Below, one piece after another: positions 28,602 through 39,880 of a DNA stretch of 48,127 nt. The translations under genes and the position numbers were made by a program. Source of the DNA: Collodictyon triciliatum (lineage: Eukaryota); assembly GCA_043381765.1 (NCBI GenBank), contig JBHJMP010000644.1, forward strand, positions 1-48,127, written 5' to 3'. Position 1 is the first letter of the stretch. The number at the start of each line of letters is the position of its first letter. The notes beneath the pieces are model-generated. The model had not been told where the DNA came from. It saw only the letters and a list, made by a program, of their open reading frames with translations, and ran no database searches.

Positions 28602-28807
28602 AGCGGGTGATTGAGACAGAACTACGAGCGTGGCGATCAACGGGACAACGGCGACGATTACCTGAGCGATCAAAGGCAAAGATGCTTTAAAATGTGTCTT
28701 CTACACAAAACTCTTGAATGGAATGATCATAGACAGATTTATACGAAGGAGGTTGGTCAACCAGACTAGGGGCGATCATGTAAAGGTCTTTGAACCTCTG
28801 GGAAACA

Positions 28808-28849
28808 ACAAAGACAAAGACAAAGACAAAGACAAAGACAAAGACAAAA
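28808..28849. repeat. (ACAAAG)n hexamer repeat upstream of hexokinase
   Basis: Tandem ACAAAG copies. Confidence 0.93.
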
Positions 28850-30617
28850 CAATCAAATGAAAAGTATATTAAAAAGAATCATAATATGCTTCGAACATCG
28901 GGCGACTCAACGGACCGTGTGTTCTTTGCAGAACCACCCCCAAAACACAGCCTTGGCACGCTGCTTGCCCATTTATGATCGGACAGTCCAGTACTATCAC
29001 TCGGCTGCTAAGTGTGTTTGGTGCTTTCCACCCAACTATCGCACTTCTCTATTGCTCTCTCGAGCTAACTGGATAACACTCTAGCTCCTCGCAAGTGTCA
29101 GTGTGTTTGCTCGATGCCCTCTGTCGTTTGAGAGGAGTTGTGAGTGGTGAGGCCGGTTGATTCACAGACGCTGGTCTTGATCACCCTATGCGCTTTACTT
29201 GGGGCATTTATACAGCACCGAATTCCAGAGGGTTTAACGCATGAGCGTGGTATTCTCATTAATTTTGTCACTGAACAAAGTCCAAGAAGCCCGTAACACT
29301 TACAAAATTTGAGGGGTATATGTGGAAAAATAGTGCGGAAAATGCGTGAAATATCCATATCAAGTTGTGAGGCCAGCTTGTGGCTAGCATCTATTTACTG
29401 TGGCCACAGATGACCGTATCAAAAAACATGTTTATAATTATTAAATGCATATATAGCAAACTGAATGCAATACATAGAAAATTTTAAATATATTTATTGT
29501 AATTTCCACAATTGAAAGTGAATGAACTGAAATGTTCCGAAATTGCTTCGTTTCTTTGAAAATATTATATGGAAAATAAAAACAACAATAAAATATGGAG
29601 CTTGGTTGCACATTCCTACAAAGTTTACTAAAAATAATTGTATAATGATACATATGGTATATAGAGAGTGTGATTTGAGAAGGATACAATCTTTCATTCA
29701 AAAGAACTTTTTTTTTATACAAATTTAATAGGATTCTGATCCGCTTGGTAAAGTGGGCGATGATATTTCATGTAATCACACTTACGCTATGATAATTTAT
29801 GTAAAAAAAAAGTTTTCCTCGTTGTTTTTCTTGATAAAAACATGTCTTCATCGACAATACATGGTCAGAATTGTAAAAGGCCTTCTAGTCTAAAAAAGCC
29901 TTGCATATTTGTGTTTTCTCATCGCCATAACAAGATTCCATGCAGATATTTCCTTGACGAATTCTCTTCAACGCACAAAAGATCTGTAATGGCCCGCTCA
30001 AAAGTTCACATTTATTTCATTTTTGTATCGTTAACATCTGTCTCATTAAAAACAGAATCATCTGGTATTTATCTCATGCAGCTGTCTATTTGACAAAAGG
30101 TTAATCTACCCGTTTTCAAGGTCATCAATATGGTATAATGAAAAATAACAATCAAAAAGATCAATTAATTTAGATTTCGCCGCACCTACAATTCATATTT
30201 ACTATGAAATTTTATTTTATGTAATTTTTTTTGGAACTGGTTATGCATGTCTTATTTGTGGGTGTGAATTGATGCTATTTTCCCCATCGCTTTGTGGTTT
30301 GTAAATCTAAAGCCAAGATACACTCAAGAACATAACTCGATGTGATGTGGACTGAAAATGAAGCACAAAGAATTGAGACTGGCAGAGTTCTCTGTATTAT
30401 TTGCATAAATGAGCCCAAGCCAAGATTTTGTGTACCTCATGATAATATGGAAGGTAATAAAATGTAGCGGAAACTAAAAATCATAATTTTTTTTGAAAAT
30501 ACAATAAGATTTTAAAAAAATTTCAATATGGTGTATAGAAAGTGTGATAGAGCGAAATAAAAGGTGCTTATTTAATGAGCATGATACTGAAGGTAATAGG
30601 GTGAGAAAATGAAAGCT

Positions 30618-31510
30618 TCATTTTCTTTGGGTCGCTCCAGAGCTCAAGTCTAATGCACTCATGAATTGCACTTTTTTCGTGGGGCTGATGCGAAGGTAAT
30701 TCTTTCGCAGATTAATGGACATCTTTGCAATATTAGAATTATTTTACAATTTATTCATCTCATGTCGGGTTGAAAAGTGAATATAACTCCAATCTAAATA
30801 CCTTATGAGCCTTTAGTATATCAAGTCCTAGCATCAAATCTATGTGAGTCTCTGAGATTACTACAAATGAAGCATACAAGATCTTTCCACCAATGTCCAT
30901 TTCTGCACTCGCTACGCGTCCGTGGATAGTAGCTGACCCTACGCCCAAAGCTACTCCTGAGTATTGCCTGTTGATTAAATGGGATAACCTAAAACAAAGT
31001 GTGGGGTTTCTTGAGTTTGGTTAAACAAGTTTTTTAAAATGAACGGGATAAAATCGGCCATTTTCATTCTCTTGAGCGATTACATTTCTTTAGTGTTGAA
31101 TTTAATCAAGGAGAAAATGTCTTCATAATTTCATAGATAAGAAAAAATCATTTATCTAGATATAATTCCCATCTAAAGTCATCCTGACTGCAAAAAAGAA
31201 AGCGAAATGAAACAAAAACATCGTCATCAGGTTCATTCTATTTAAATATACAACTACCCGCATTTCATCGCGCACGAAGGGGTTACTAATGTTCAAATGT
31301 TATGAAATTTATTAAATACAGTTCAATTTTTTTTATTAGAATATTGTTTGACAGTCTCAGCTAAATCACTAATTGCTCTACTCACTAACTGAGCTTTGTG
31401 CCCCTGTGTCAACAAAAGCACGAAGTTTGTGTCCATTGAGTTTACATTCTACATAAAGCATCGTGGTTCTCACGAATGAATGAGGATTCTTCTTCATCGC
31501 CTTTTGAAAG
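30618..31510 (-). CDS. DDI1: DDI1-like retroviral-type aspartic protease domain (3' part of a spliced gene whose 5' exons probably extend to about 33400)
   Basis: Exons read PHSFVRTTMLYVECKLNGHKLRAFVDTGAQSSV, SCAMKCG, YSGVALGVGSATIHGRV, IDLMLGLDILKAHK, SINLRKNYLRI, stop TGA 30620-30618. Upstream exons and start codon not resolved, so orthology is uncertain. Confidence 0.8.
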
Positions 31511-32200
31511 ATGCAGCAAATATTTAGAATCTATGAAAAATTCTCAAAAAAACGGGAAAACAAATTATATATTTTTTCACGAGTGTGATTCCTTCGAATC
31601 TGAATTGTGGGCAGGAGGCCATGATTATTATCATTTAAAAGAATCATCACCTGGTTGAAGTTATCTTGTATGACATCGCTTTTTTGGTATTTTGTGCCCA
31701 AAGGAGAAGGGATACAGATTGGCTTATCTCTGATGGACGAGGACGATGTTGGAAAGCATTCGTCAGAAAGACATAAATCACCAGAGTGCAATGATAATTC
31801 AGTCATATCAAAGCCCAAAGTCTATTTGAACAAAATGGAATTTAAAAGGTTAATCATATGTTGAGCTTCATGTTTGATATATATGAATATACATACATCG
31901 TGTCTCTGCAAAGCTCGTGTGGTATCCAATCTCGGTTCCTGATGTGTAAATATATTAGGTGTATTACAGCAATTCTCAGAATTCGGAGAAGGGCAACCCA
32001 CAGAACTCTAACGCGAATGAAAAGAACTCATGTTGAAGAATACTTACTGAATCCTGAATGAAAAGCGAAATGGAATTTGCTGCATTTTCTCTGGCCATAT
32101 TCTCAGTATATTCTGATGCCCTTCTGCAATTCACTTAACGTTGCTTTTAGCAAGCGATTCCTTCTTCTTCTTTTTTTTTTTAAAAAAAAATAATAATAAT

Positions 32201-32608
32201 CAAAACCAAAACCAAAACCAAAACCAAACCAAAACCAAACCAAAACCAAAACCAAACCAAACCAAAACCAAACCAAAACCAAACCAAAACCAAACCAAAA
32301 CCAAAACCAAACCAAAACCAAACCAAAACCAAAACCAAAACCAAACCAAAACCAAACCAAAACCAAACCAAAACCAAACCAAAACCAAAACCAAAACCAA
32401 ACCAAAACCAAACCAAAAACAAACCAAAACCAAACCAAAACCAAACCAAAACCAAACCAAAACCAAACCAAAACCAAACCAAAACCAAACCAAAACCAAA
32501 CCAAAACCAAACCAAAACCAAACCAAAAACAAACCAAAAACAAACCAAAAACAAACCAAAAACAAACCAAAAACAAACCAAAAACAAACCAAAAACAAAC
32601 CAAAAACA
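32201..32608. repeat. Mixed (AAACC)/(AAAACC)/(AAAAAC) satellite
   Basis: About 400 bp of alternating 5- and 6-mers, largely an 11-bp higher-order unit. Confidence 0.97.
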
Positions 32609-33846
32609 ATGTGAATATCCCTGGTGCCATCACAGATGGTTCTTTTTCTAAAGTCACTTGAGTTTGCGAGATATGTGCTGCTCGTGGTGCCTTTAAAGAC
32701 GTTCGAGCCAATTTTAAAAAAGAAAAGAAAAGAAAAAGGACAGTTCTCCGCTGTTGCAGCTTTTTATTTAGTAGTCCCTGATATTGCCGTTCAATGCGCC
32801 CTACCGAAAGCTTCAGCTGTTTTTCCCTTTTGCGTTTACAACGACTCACCTTAAAAAAATTGCTGTGCGTATTCAATAAGGGTGTTCTCATCAGATAAAG
32901 CGAGTCAGCATTTCCTTGTCAGCGTAATGACATACCTCTTACAGTGGACAAAGACTGCCTGATTGGTAATGACTGTTGCTACTTCTAATTAGAAGATATT
33001 GATGAGGCTTGATGCTTGCAAACTTGCTAAATGCCTTGTAGCTGGACTTTAGATGATTAAGTTATAATTTCCACATATATAGAATGTCATTCCATCACTT
33101 GGAGATTTCAAATTCTCTGAAAGCAAGATTAGCATAAGGGAAAATGAAGTCAATTTCAATAGAAATGGATGATATTTAGAAATAAATTTATACAAGAATT
33201 AATGCCATAGAGAATTAGACAATTTTGGCAATAAAAGTTAATCACACTTTGTGTTTGAATGGAATATTCTCTTTCGCTTGTGGGTGATGAATCAAAACAT
33301 TCTGTGCAGCCACCAATCACGCAGAACCTCACCCAATACCCACACCAGCACGAGCCCCACCTCAAAGCTCCTTCGTCTGAGTAAAGGCACCTCACATGAT
33401 CGACACTCACAACTACACAAAAGAACAGAGAAAATTAAAAATCTTCTGGGCTTAGCTCCTTACTCCCACGCACTGCCCCCAACTCTAGACTTTTTCTTAT
33501 TTAGTTTCTTTTCCTAGCTTCTTTTCTTTGTTTCTTCTCGATTGCCCTAGGCAGAATACAGATAGTTCTTATTCAATTGCTTCTCTCCTAGCTCAGTGAA
33601 TGAGTCTGATATATTTTTTTTTTTGCACGAACAGTGAGTCACGCGCACCTTTCTCATTCGATCGGAGGGTCTTGCAACACTTTTTAATACTCTGTTGCTG
33701 TGACTCAGCATTTTTCATTTGATTTTTTTTTCGGGATCTACATTGATTGCTGCGATTTTTCGACAAATTAAACACCAGTGTCTTTCCAACTGACCTCCAA
33801 ACCCACTAGAACCAGCAATCACCACAATAACCGACGTCGAGACAGA

Positions 33847-34124
33847 ATGTCCCAAAAATCCGGAGCATCAAACTCTAAGCCTTCACAAGCCTTTGGCGGA
33901 AGTTTCGAAGAGAATCTCCAAAATCTGGAGAGGATATTCACCAAAACCCCAAAGGAAGACCTGGCCCAGGCTTTGAAAGACAACACGAACGACTTCGATC
34001 TGACGATGAAGCGTCTATTGGGTGAGATTATTGCAGATCTGCTTGTGTCGTTCTAGCGCCGCTATGATTGCTGCTATTTTAGAATATGTGATATGAATGT
34101 CGACATCACCCCCGCTTGTCCTTG

Positions 34125-34155
<31 letters not shown>

Positions 34156-34444
34156 TTTTTTTTATTTTTTTTTTATTTCTATTTTTTATTTTATCTTTTT
34201 TCTTTTTTTTTTTTTTAAAAAAAAATAATAATAATCAAAACCAAAACCAAAACCAAACCAAAACCAAACCAAAACCAAACCAAAACCAAAACCAAAACCA
34301 AACCAAAACCAAAACCAAAACCAAAACCNNNNNNNNNNNNNNNNNNNNNNNNNNNNNNNNNNNNNNNNNNNNNNNNNNNNNNNNNNNNNNNNNNNNNNNN
34401 NNNNNNNNNNNNNNNNNNNNNNNNNNNNTTTTTTGGTGTTGTTT

Positions 34445-34478
<34 letters not shown>

Positions 34479-34484
34479 CCCTCT

Positions 34485-34526
<42 letters not shown>

Positions 34527-37500
34527 AAAACTATTGTTAACTTACTGACAATGACAATACTCTAATTCAACTTCTTCCCTTCTATTATTTTGAACTGTGT
34601 GACTGCGTGGTCTCAAATTTCAACTCGAAGATGAAAACGAGTGGCTTGGAGGAAAGGTATTGGATGCTCTCTGTTACATTCCCCATTGTTCTTTCTTTTT
34701 CTACACCCCTCTTGTGAAGAGGTTCAATGGCCTTCAAAATAACAAATGCTCTTACTAATCCCATGCTAAATAACTTTCAGCCCGTCAAGAAGGACAAAGA
34801 GGTCCGCACCCCAGGTACCCCGCCAGTGCTTAAAGTCCCTATCGTAATGAATGCAACAAATTCTTTGTGTGTATAGCTTAACTGAATTTATTTTCCCTTT
34901 TTTTTTTTTCAATGCTTGGTATACTGGCCTTTGTTTGGAAGTGAACAAAAGGGACAATAAAGGTAATTCAGCACGCACAACTTTTATCCTATGGAACATC
35001 GTGTCTATCGAACCATATTAACAATTACATACAAGCTTTATTTACCCACCTAATCTACATTAGTCAATACAATCATATTTAACCCCAAATTCGAATAGGA
35101 CAATCTGAAACCACTCGTCCCCCAAGGAGAAACGAGGAGAGGTACCCCATATTTCTTAATATAAGCTGGCTGTTCTGTTGAACTAATGACATATTTTGAG
35201 ACACAAAACTGTGCAGTAACCTTCTCTCCCCTTTTCCTCTCACCTCCACCCCATTGTTCAAAGGACCAACCAGCCTACTGGACAATCTCGCCCTCCGAGA
35301 CCTTTTGCACCCAACGCTGACGGTGCACCCCCTTCTAAGCCTAGGGCTTTCACCCAAGGAAATCATAAAGCGGACAGCAATCGAGAGTCAGCCACAAAAG
35401 TCAGCCCACATAAAGCGGCTCCATCTGCCTCACCTGCAGCCGTCACCACTACCACTACCACTACCATAAGCAACACCGCTGCTGCACCCGCGGTCGCACA
35501 GAAGCAAAAGATAGTGCCAGAAAATTCAGCAAAGAAAACAGCTGAACCAGTGAAAGCAACACCAACTGCTGGCAAATGGGGCGCCCACCATGACTGGAAA
35601 AGCCACTTTGCAGCACCCAAGACAGAGCCTAGCCCGACTACCATCTCAACCCCACTACCCAAGAAGGAGGCTCCTAGCAATGCTCTCCCAGATCTACAAA
35701 CAGACTTTCCTGACATCCAACCAACACGCCACAATACAACCTCCTTGAAGACTCACCCAGAGCACGGGGAAGGAGATGCAACACAAGCCCCTCAGCCACT
35801 AGGACCTAAGCCATGGGTCAACACCCGTTCTATACCAAGTGGGATGCCCTCTTATGCAGCTGCCGTTGCTGCCCGCCCTGGGCAACTCCAGGCTAAGGTT
35901 GTCCAAGAGCAACCAAAGTCTGAGGCCGCACCACCTGCAGAGGTAAGTGCTAATTCGACCTCTGGGCAAGAGACGTCAGAACCTGAAATCGCACCAGCTC
36001 CGGTAGCTACCAGCCCTGAGGCAGTAGAGGCCTTACCTGAGCAGGAACCTACCCCTCAGAAACCACAAAAGCCAAGTGCGACAAAAGAGAAAAAGACCAA
36101 GAAGCCAGCTCAAGACAGACAAGAGACCTCGAAAGATGAAGCTACCACCATTGCGAATGTACAACCCACAATAACAGAAACAGCAAGCGTAGAAGCGCCT
36201 GCACAAGCTTTGGAAGTGTCATCTCCGACCACAACAGTTGTGGACTCGATTGTAAAATTTAGCAAATGAGGGCATGCTGTACTTTTTCTTAATAGAGGAA
36301 AAATATAAAAATTCATCTCTTGGCTAATATATATTCTTTCACACAAGGAGCCAGAAGTAAGGTCTTCAGTCAGTTCAACAAAACCCAGCTCCGAGCCTAT
36401 TGTAAATACTCAACCTGCATCGGAAACCGCCTCCACTGAAGTAAAAAACCCTCAGAAAGGTAATTCATATTCTCCTTTTTCCAACCCTGAAGCCCCATCA
36501 TGCAAAGTCAATTTTACTCGACTATATGGTGCCCGATTTGTGATGTTCCACTTTTCCATAGGAACTGTTGCAAACTCTGTCCCTTCGAAAACTGTTACCA
36601 AAACAGCCACGTCATGTGAGTCTTTTCTTCTCATCAACACGGCAGATACACCAGCAATATTTTTTTCCTGGAAAAACGCATATGTAGCCCTTGGCATAAA
36701 TAGATGCTAGTGAAGTATCACCGCCTGCTTTTTTTTTTTTTTTTGCATATTTTTGAGAAACAAGATGACGCCACTATTATCTGATGATTTCATTTGTACG
36801 ATAACAGCCGCCGGGACCACTAGTGCACGTACGATGGCATTCAAATTCGGAAGTTTTGGAGTGTCTGCTAGAGCGACAAGTGTTTTTGATGAAGTTCAAA
36901 TAACGTAATCTTACACTTATGATTGATTTCACTGAAGAATCCGGCGATTTGCGCACCTGACACGATACAAGAAAGAACATTAGAAAAATGAAGTATCAGC
37001 AGGGCTCCTCTTGTACCACTTCTTTACAAAGAAGCACCGTCTCAACTCTTGCAAATTTTACACCTTACCCGTTTTTTTTATATTAGAAGCGCGTCTGCAG
37101 CTGGAGCCACCTCTGAAAAGCCGGAGGAAACAAAAAAGGTCACGGAGACAACCTCATCAGAAACTGTGCCTAATTCCTACCCAGCAGCAAGCAGCCAATC
37201 CACTACTGAGCCAGCTACAGCACCGGAGCATACCCATACAGCTTCAGATGCCGCTGCGGTTGATGTAGCTGGACCTACAGAGGATGAAGAAGCCTCCAAA
37301 GACATGGACGAAGCCCATGTACCTTCATCACAAGATATCAGCGACAGAGTGTCCCCACCCCCATCGGAGATAGCCAACGCACACCCTGGCAACCTGCCGG
37401 CCCAAGATGGATACTCTGCACAAAACATTCTTCCACTAAATCCTTCTGCGGGAAGCAACCAGGTCTCAAAAAATTCATTTATTTCTCACAACTATGTATG

Positions 37501-38913
37501 GTTCTATTTCTATCTTCTTTTCATATTACTTATTTCAAGATATATCTCTCCGAAGTTTATGATTATTATAGTTTGGAATTACAAAAACAAAAAACTATAT
37601 CATCACACACTTCCTCAGCGCAAGTACAGCACTAACCATGAAGCCGTGCAGAAGCTGCATATCCCAGGCAACAACCCAGCACCAACACCATCTGGTCATC
37701 GCTCGTCAAGCTCACCCAACTATTCTGGAGGCAATCGCGGGCAGAAGTTTAACCGCGGCTACACCAACGCCGAGTACGCTGACCCCCACACTTCGGGTTT
37801 TGGGTCCCAGTACTCTCCCCACGGGGTTGGATACGCTGCATATGGTGGCGTCTATGACGACGGAACACAGCGCATGGTATTCAACTTGATTCATACCCAT
37901 AATACACCCACATCTCCAGACTATCTCACAGAGAAATGGCGCGTGTACCCCTCCCCTGAGGAGACATATATCTAGAGATAGTAATAAAAGAAAAGAAGAA
38001 ACCCAACGATTGAAACACTCCTCCAAATCCAGCAGGCCGGAGAGAACGGATACGGAGGCGGCTACCACCGCGGCAACGAGCACAAGGGACAGGGAGCAGG
38101 CAGCCAAGGACAAGCCAACGCCGCACCGGGCGGAAACGGAGCGCCGCAGACCACAGGCACACAAAGCGCGAGCGCAGGCACAAACGCAGCGCCGAACGGA
38201 AACGCGGGCACAAATGCAGCGACAAACGCAGCCGCTGCAAACGCAAACCCTGCCGGGTCGATGCAGATTCCTCCAACTATGCCAGTAGGACAAGGACAAG
38301 GACAAGGACATGGCCAAGGCCAAGGCCAAGGCTACGGGCCGATGGATGGGATGGGCTTCCTGCCCGGCATGATGACGGGGTCGTCGTTCGCACCCATGTT
38401 CCCGCCGTTCATCTACCCGATGGTCGGGCAGATGCCATACTATGGCGTGGGCGGGCCGTTTGTGCCGGCTGGGCCGCACGCGTTCATGCCGCATATGGGC
38501 GCATACCCGATGCCCGCCGATGAGGACATGCACGCGCACATGCATCCACACGCGCACCCACACGCGCACCCACACGGCCACTACGGCCACATGGCACAGC
38601 CACACGCCTCGGCCCAGCCACAGACGCAGACGGTGCCGCCACACAGCCACAACCACAGCCACAGCCACACACACGGGCAGGGCCAGGGCATGGGCCAGGT
38701 CGGGCCACACCCCGGCGGCCGCGGCGGCCGCGCACACGGCTACAACGGCGGCATGGGCGGCCCCGTGAGCGGACCGATGGGCATGCCGCCCGCACAGCAG
38801 CACTACGCCCAGGGACACCCTCACGCCCCGGTCTACGCCCCGCCCGCCGCTGCTGCGCCCAAGGCCTACGGCGGATACGGATACCCCCCGGACCAGGGCT
38901 ACCGCGCAAAGGT

Positions 38914-38966
<53 letters not shown>

Positions 38967-39239
38967 GCACGCACCCCTTGTCTCCCGCTCCCGCTCCCTG
39001 TCCCTGCGCCCCGCCTTCCAGCATGGCCCTGCCATGGCGAGTGTGGGCGGGCGAGTGAGGTTGCTGGTAGTGCGATTGTGAATGCGGTGCTGACGCCGCT
39101 GATTACCCCTCTGTAGCCGGCCATGGGAGGCGCCCCGCAGGAGTACGCCGCCCCGGCCCCAGCCCCAGGGTACTTTGGCGGCCAGTCGGGGAATCTGCCG
39201 GGCCACCCCAGATCGCACCCGAACGCGGCCAAGTGGTAG
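33847..39239 (+). CDS. CUE/UBA-like domain protein with long disordered and prion-like (G/Y/Q/P/M/H-rich) C-terminus; Def1/UBAP2L/lingerer-like
   Basis: Exon 1 reads LQNLERIFTKTPKEDLAQALKDNTNDFDLTMKRLL (CUE/UBA-like), followed by DENEWLGGKPVKKDK, the Trp-then-lysines pattern seen after this domain in Def1/UBAP2L. Then P/T/E/A-rich exons and an RGG/YGG/GQ-rich end. Last exon ends NAAKW-TAG at 39239. Confidence 0.65.
34236..34328. repeat. Second (AAACC)/(AAAACC) satellite copy, abutting N gap
   Basis: Same units and same upstream leader as the array at 32201. Confidence 0.95.
34329..34428. other. Assembly gap (100 N, probably unknown size)
   Basis: Run of N. Confidence 1.
38912..38967. repeat. 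(GTT)n microsatellite at start of last intron of CUE gene
   Basis: Tandem TGT directly after the splice donor. Confidence 0.96.
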
Positions 39240-39347
39240 CGCTGCCTTGTGGCTCGGCCTCTATCTCGTGACTCTGTCTGTGGCGTGACATCTCGCCTTC
39301 ATAACCCTGCGGATTCCAACCTCTGTCCTCCTTGCTGTCTCTTGTGC

Positions 39348-39406
39348 TTTCTGTTTGCTTTTCTGTTTGCTTTTCTGTTTGCTTTTCTGTTTGCTTTTCT
39401 GTTTGC
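39348..39406. repeat. 12-bp tandem repeat (TTTTCTGTTTGC)n
   Basis: About five copies downstream of the CUE gene stop. Confidence 0.92.
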
Positions 39407-39605
39407 CCTGCGTCTGTGCCCCACCACGCGCTGGGCAGGCTCTATAAACTGAATCACGCTTCTGATGAATGAGCGGAGGGGGCGCTGTGTCTGGGATCAG
39501 AGCCGGCCGACCATGAACCTAGTTCTGACTGCCGCGCCCCACCTGAGGTTGTGCCCCGGATCAGTCCCACACGCGCTCGGTCTGCGTCCCACTGGCTCGC
39601 CGATA

Positions 39606-39789
39606 ATGTTCCAGCAGCTAAGCTCGTTGGCCTCCAACATTATCCCTGCGGCTGCTCCGCCCGTGCGCTTCAATATGTCCCAGTCCAGTGCTGATCTATT
39701 TGAAGGGAGTCGCTCTCGTAGTGCGAGCGTGAGCGTAGCAGCTGACGTTGTATGTCTCGCGATCTTTCTTTCCTTTTTTTCCAGGTGTA

Positions 39790-39880
<91 letters not shown>

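Noticed and set aside
30618-31510. Retrotransposon protease
   Set aside because: Multiple spliceosomal introns, DDI1-type flanking motifs, and no LTR, RT or integrase nearby.
32103-32891. Hydrophobic FWFGFGLVLV and KTKPKPNQ ORFs
   Set aside because: Translations of the AAACC satellite.
33121-33140. AAGATTAGCAT resembling the U6 catalytic core
   Set aside because: No ACAGAG box; it is the reverse complement of an intron branch point and acceptor.
37712-39232. 506-aa minus-strand ORF
   Set aside because: Antisense to the GC-rich 3' exons of the CUE gene; its poly-Thr comes from an intronic microsatellite.
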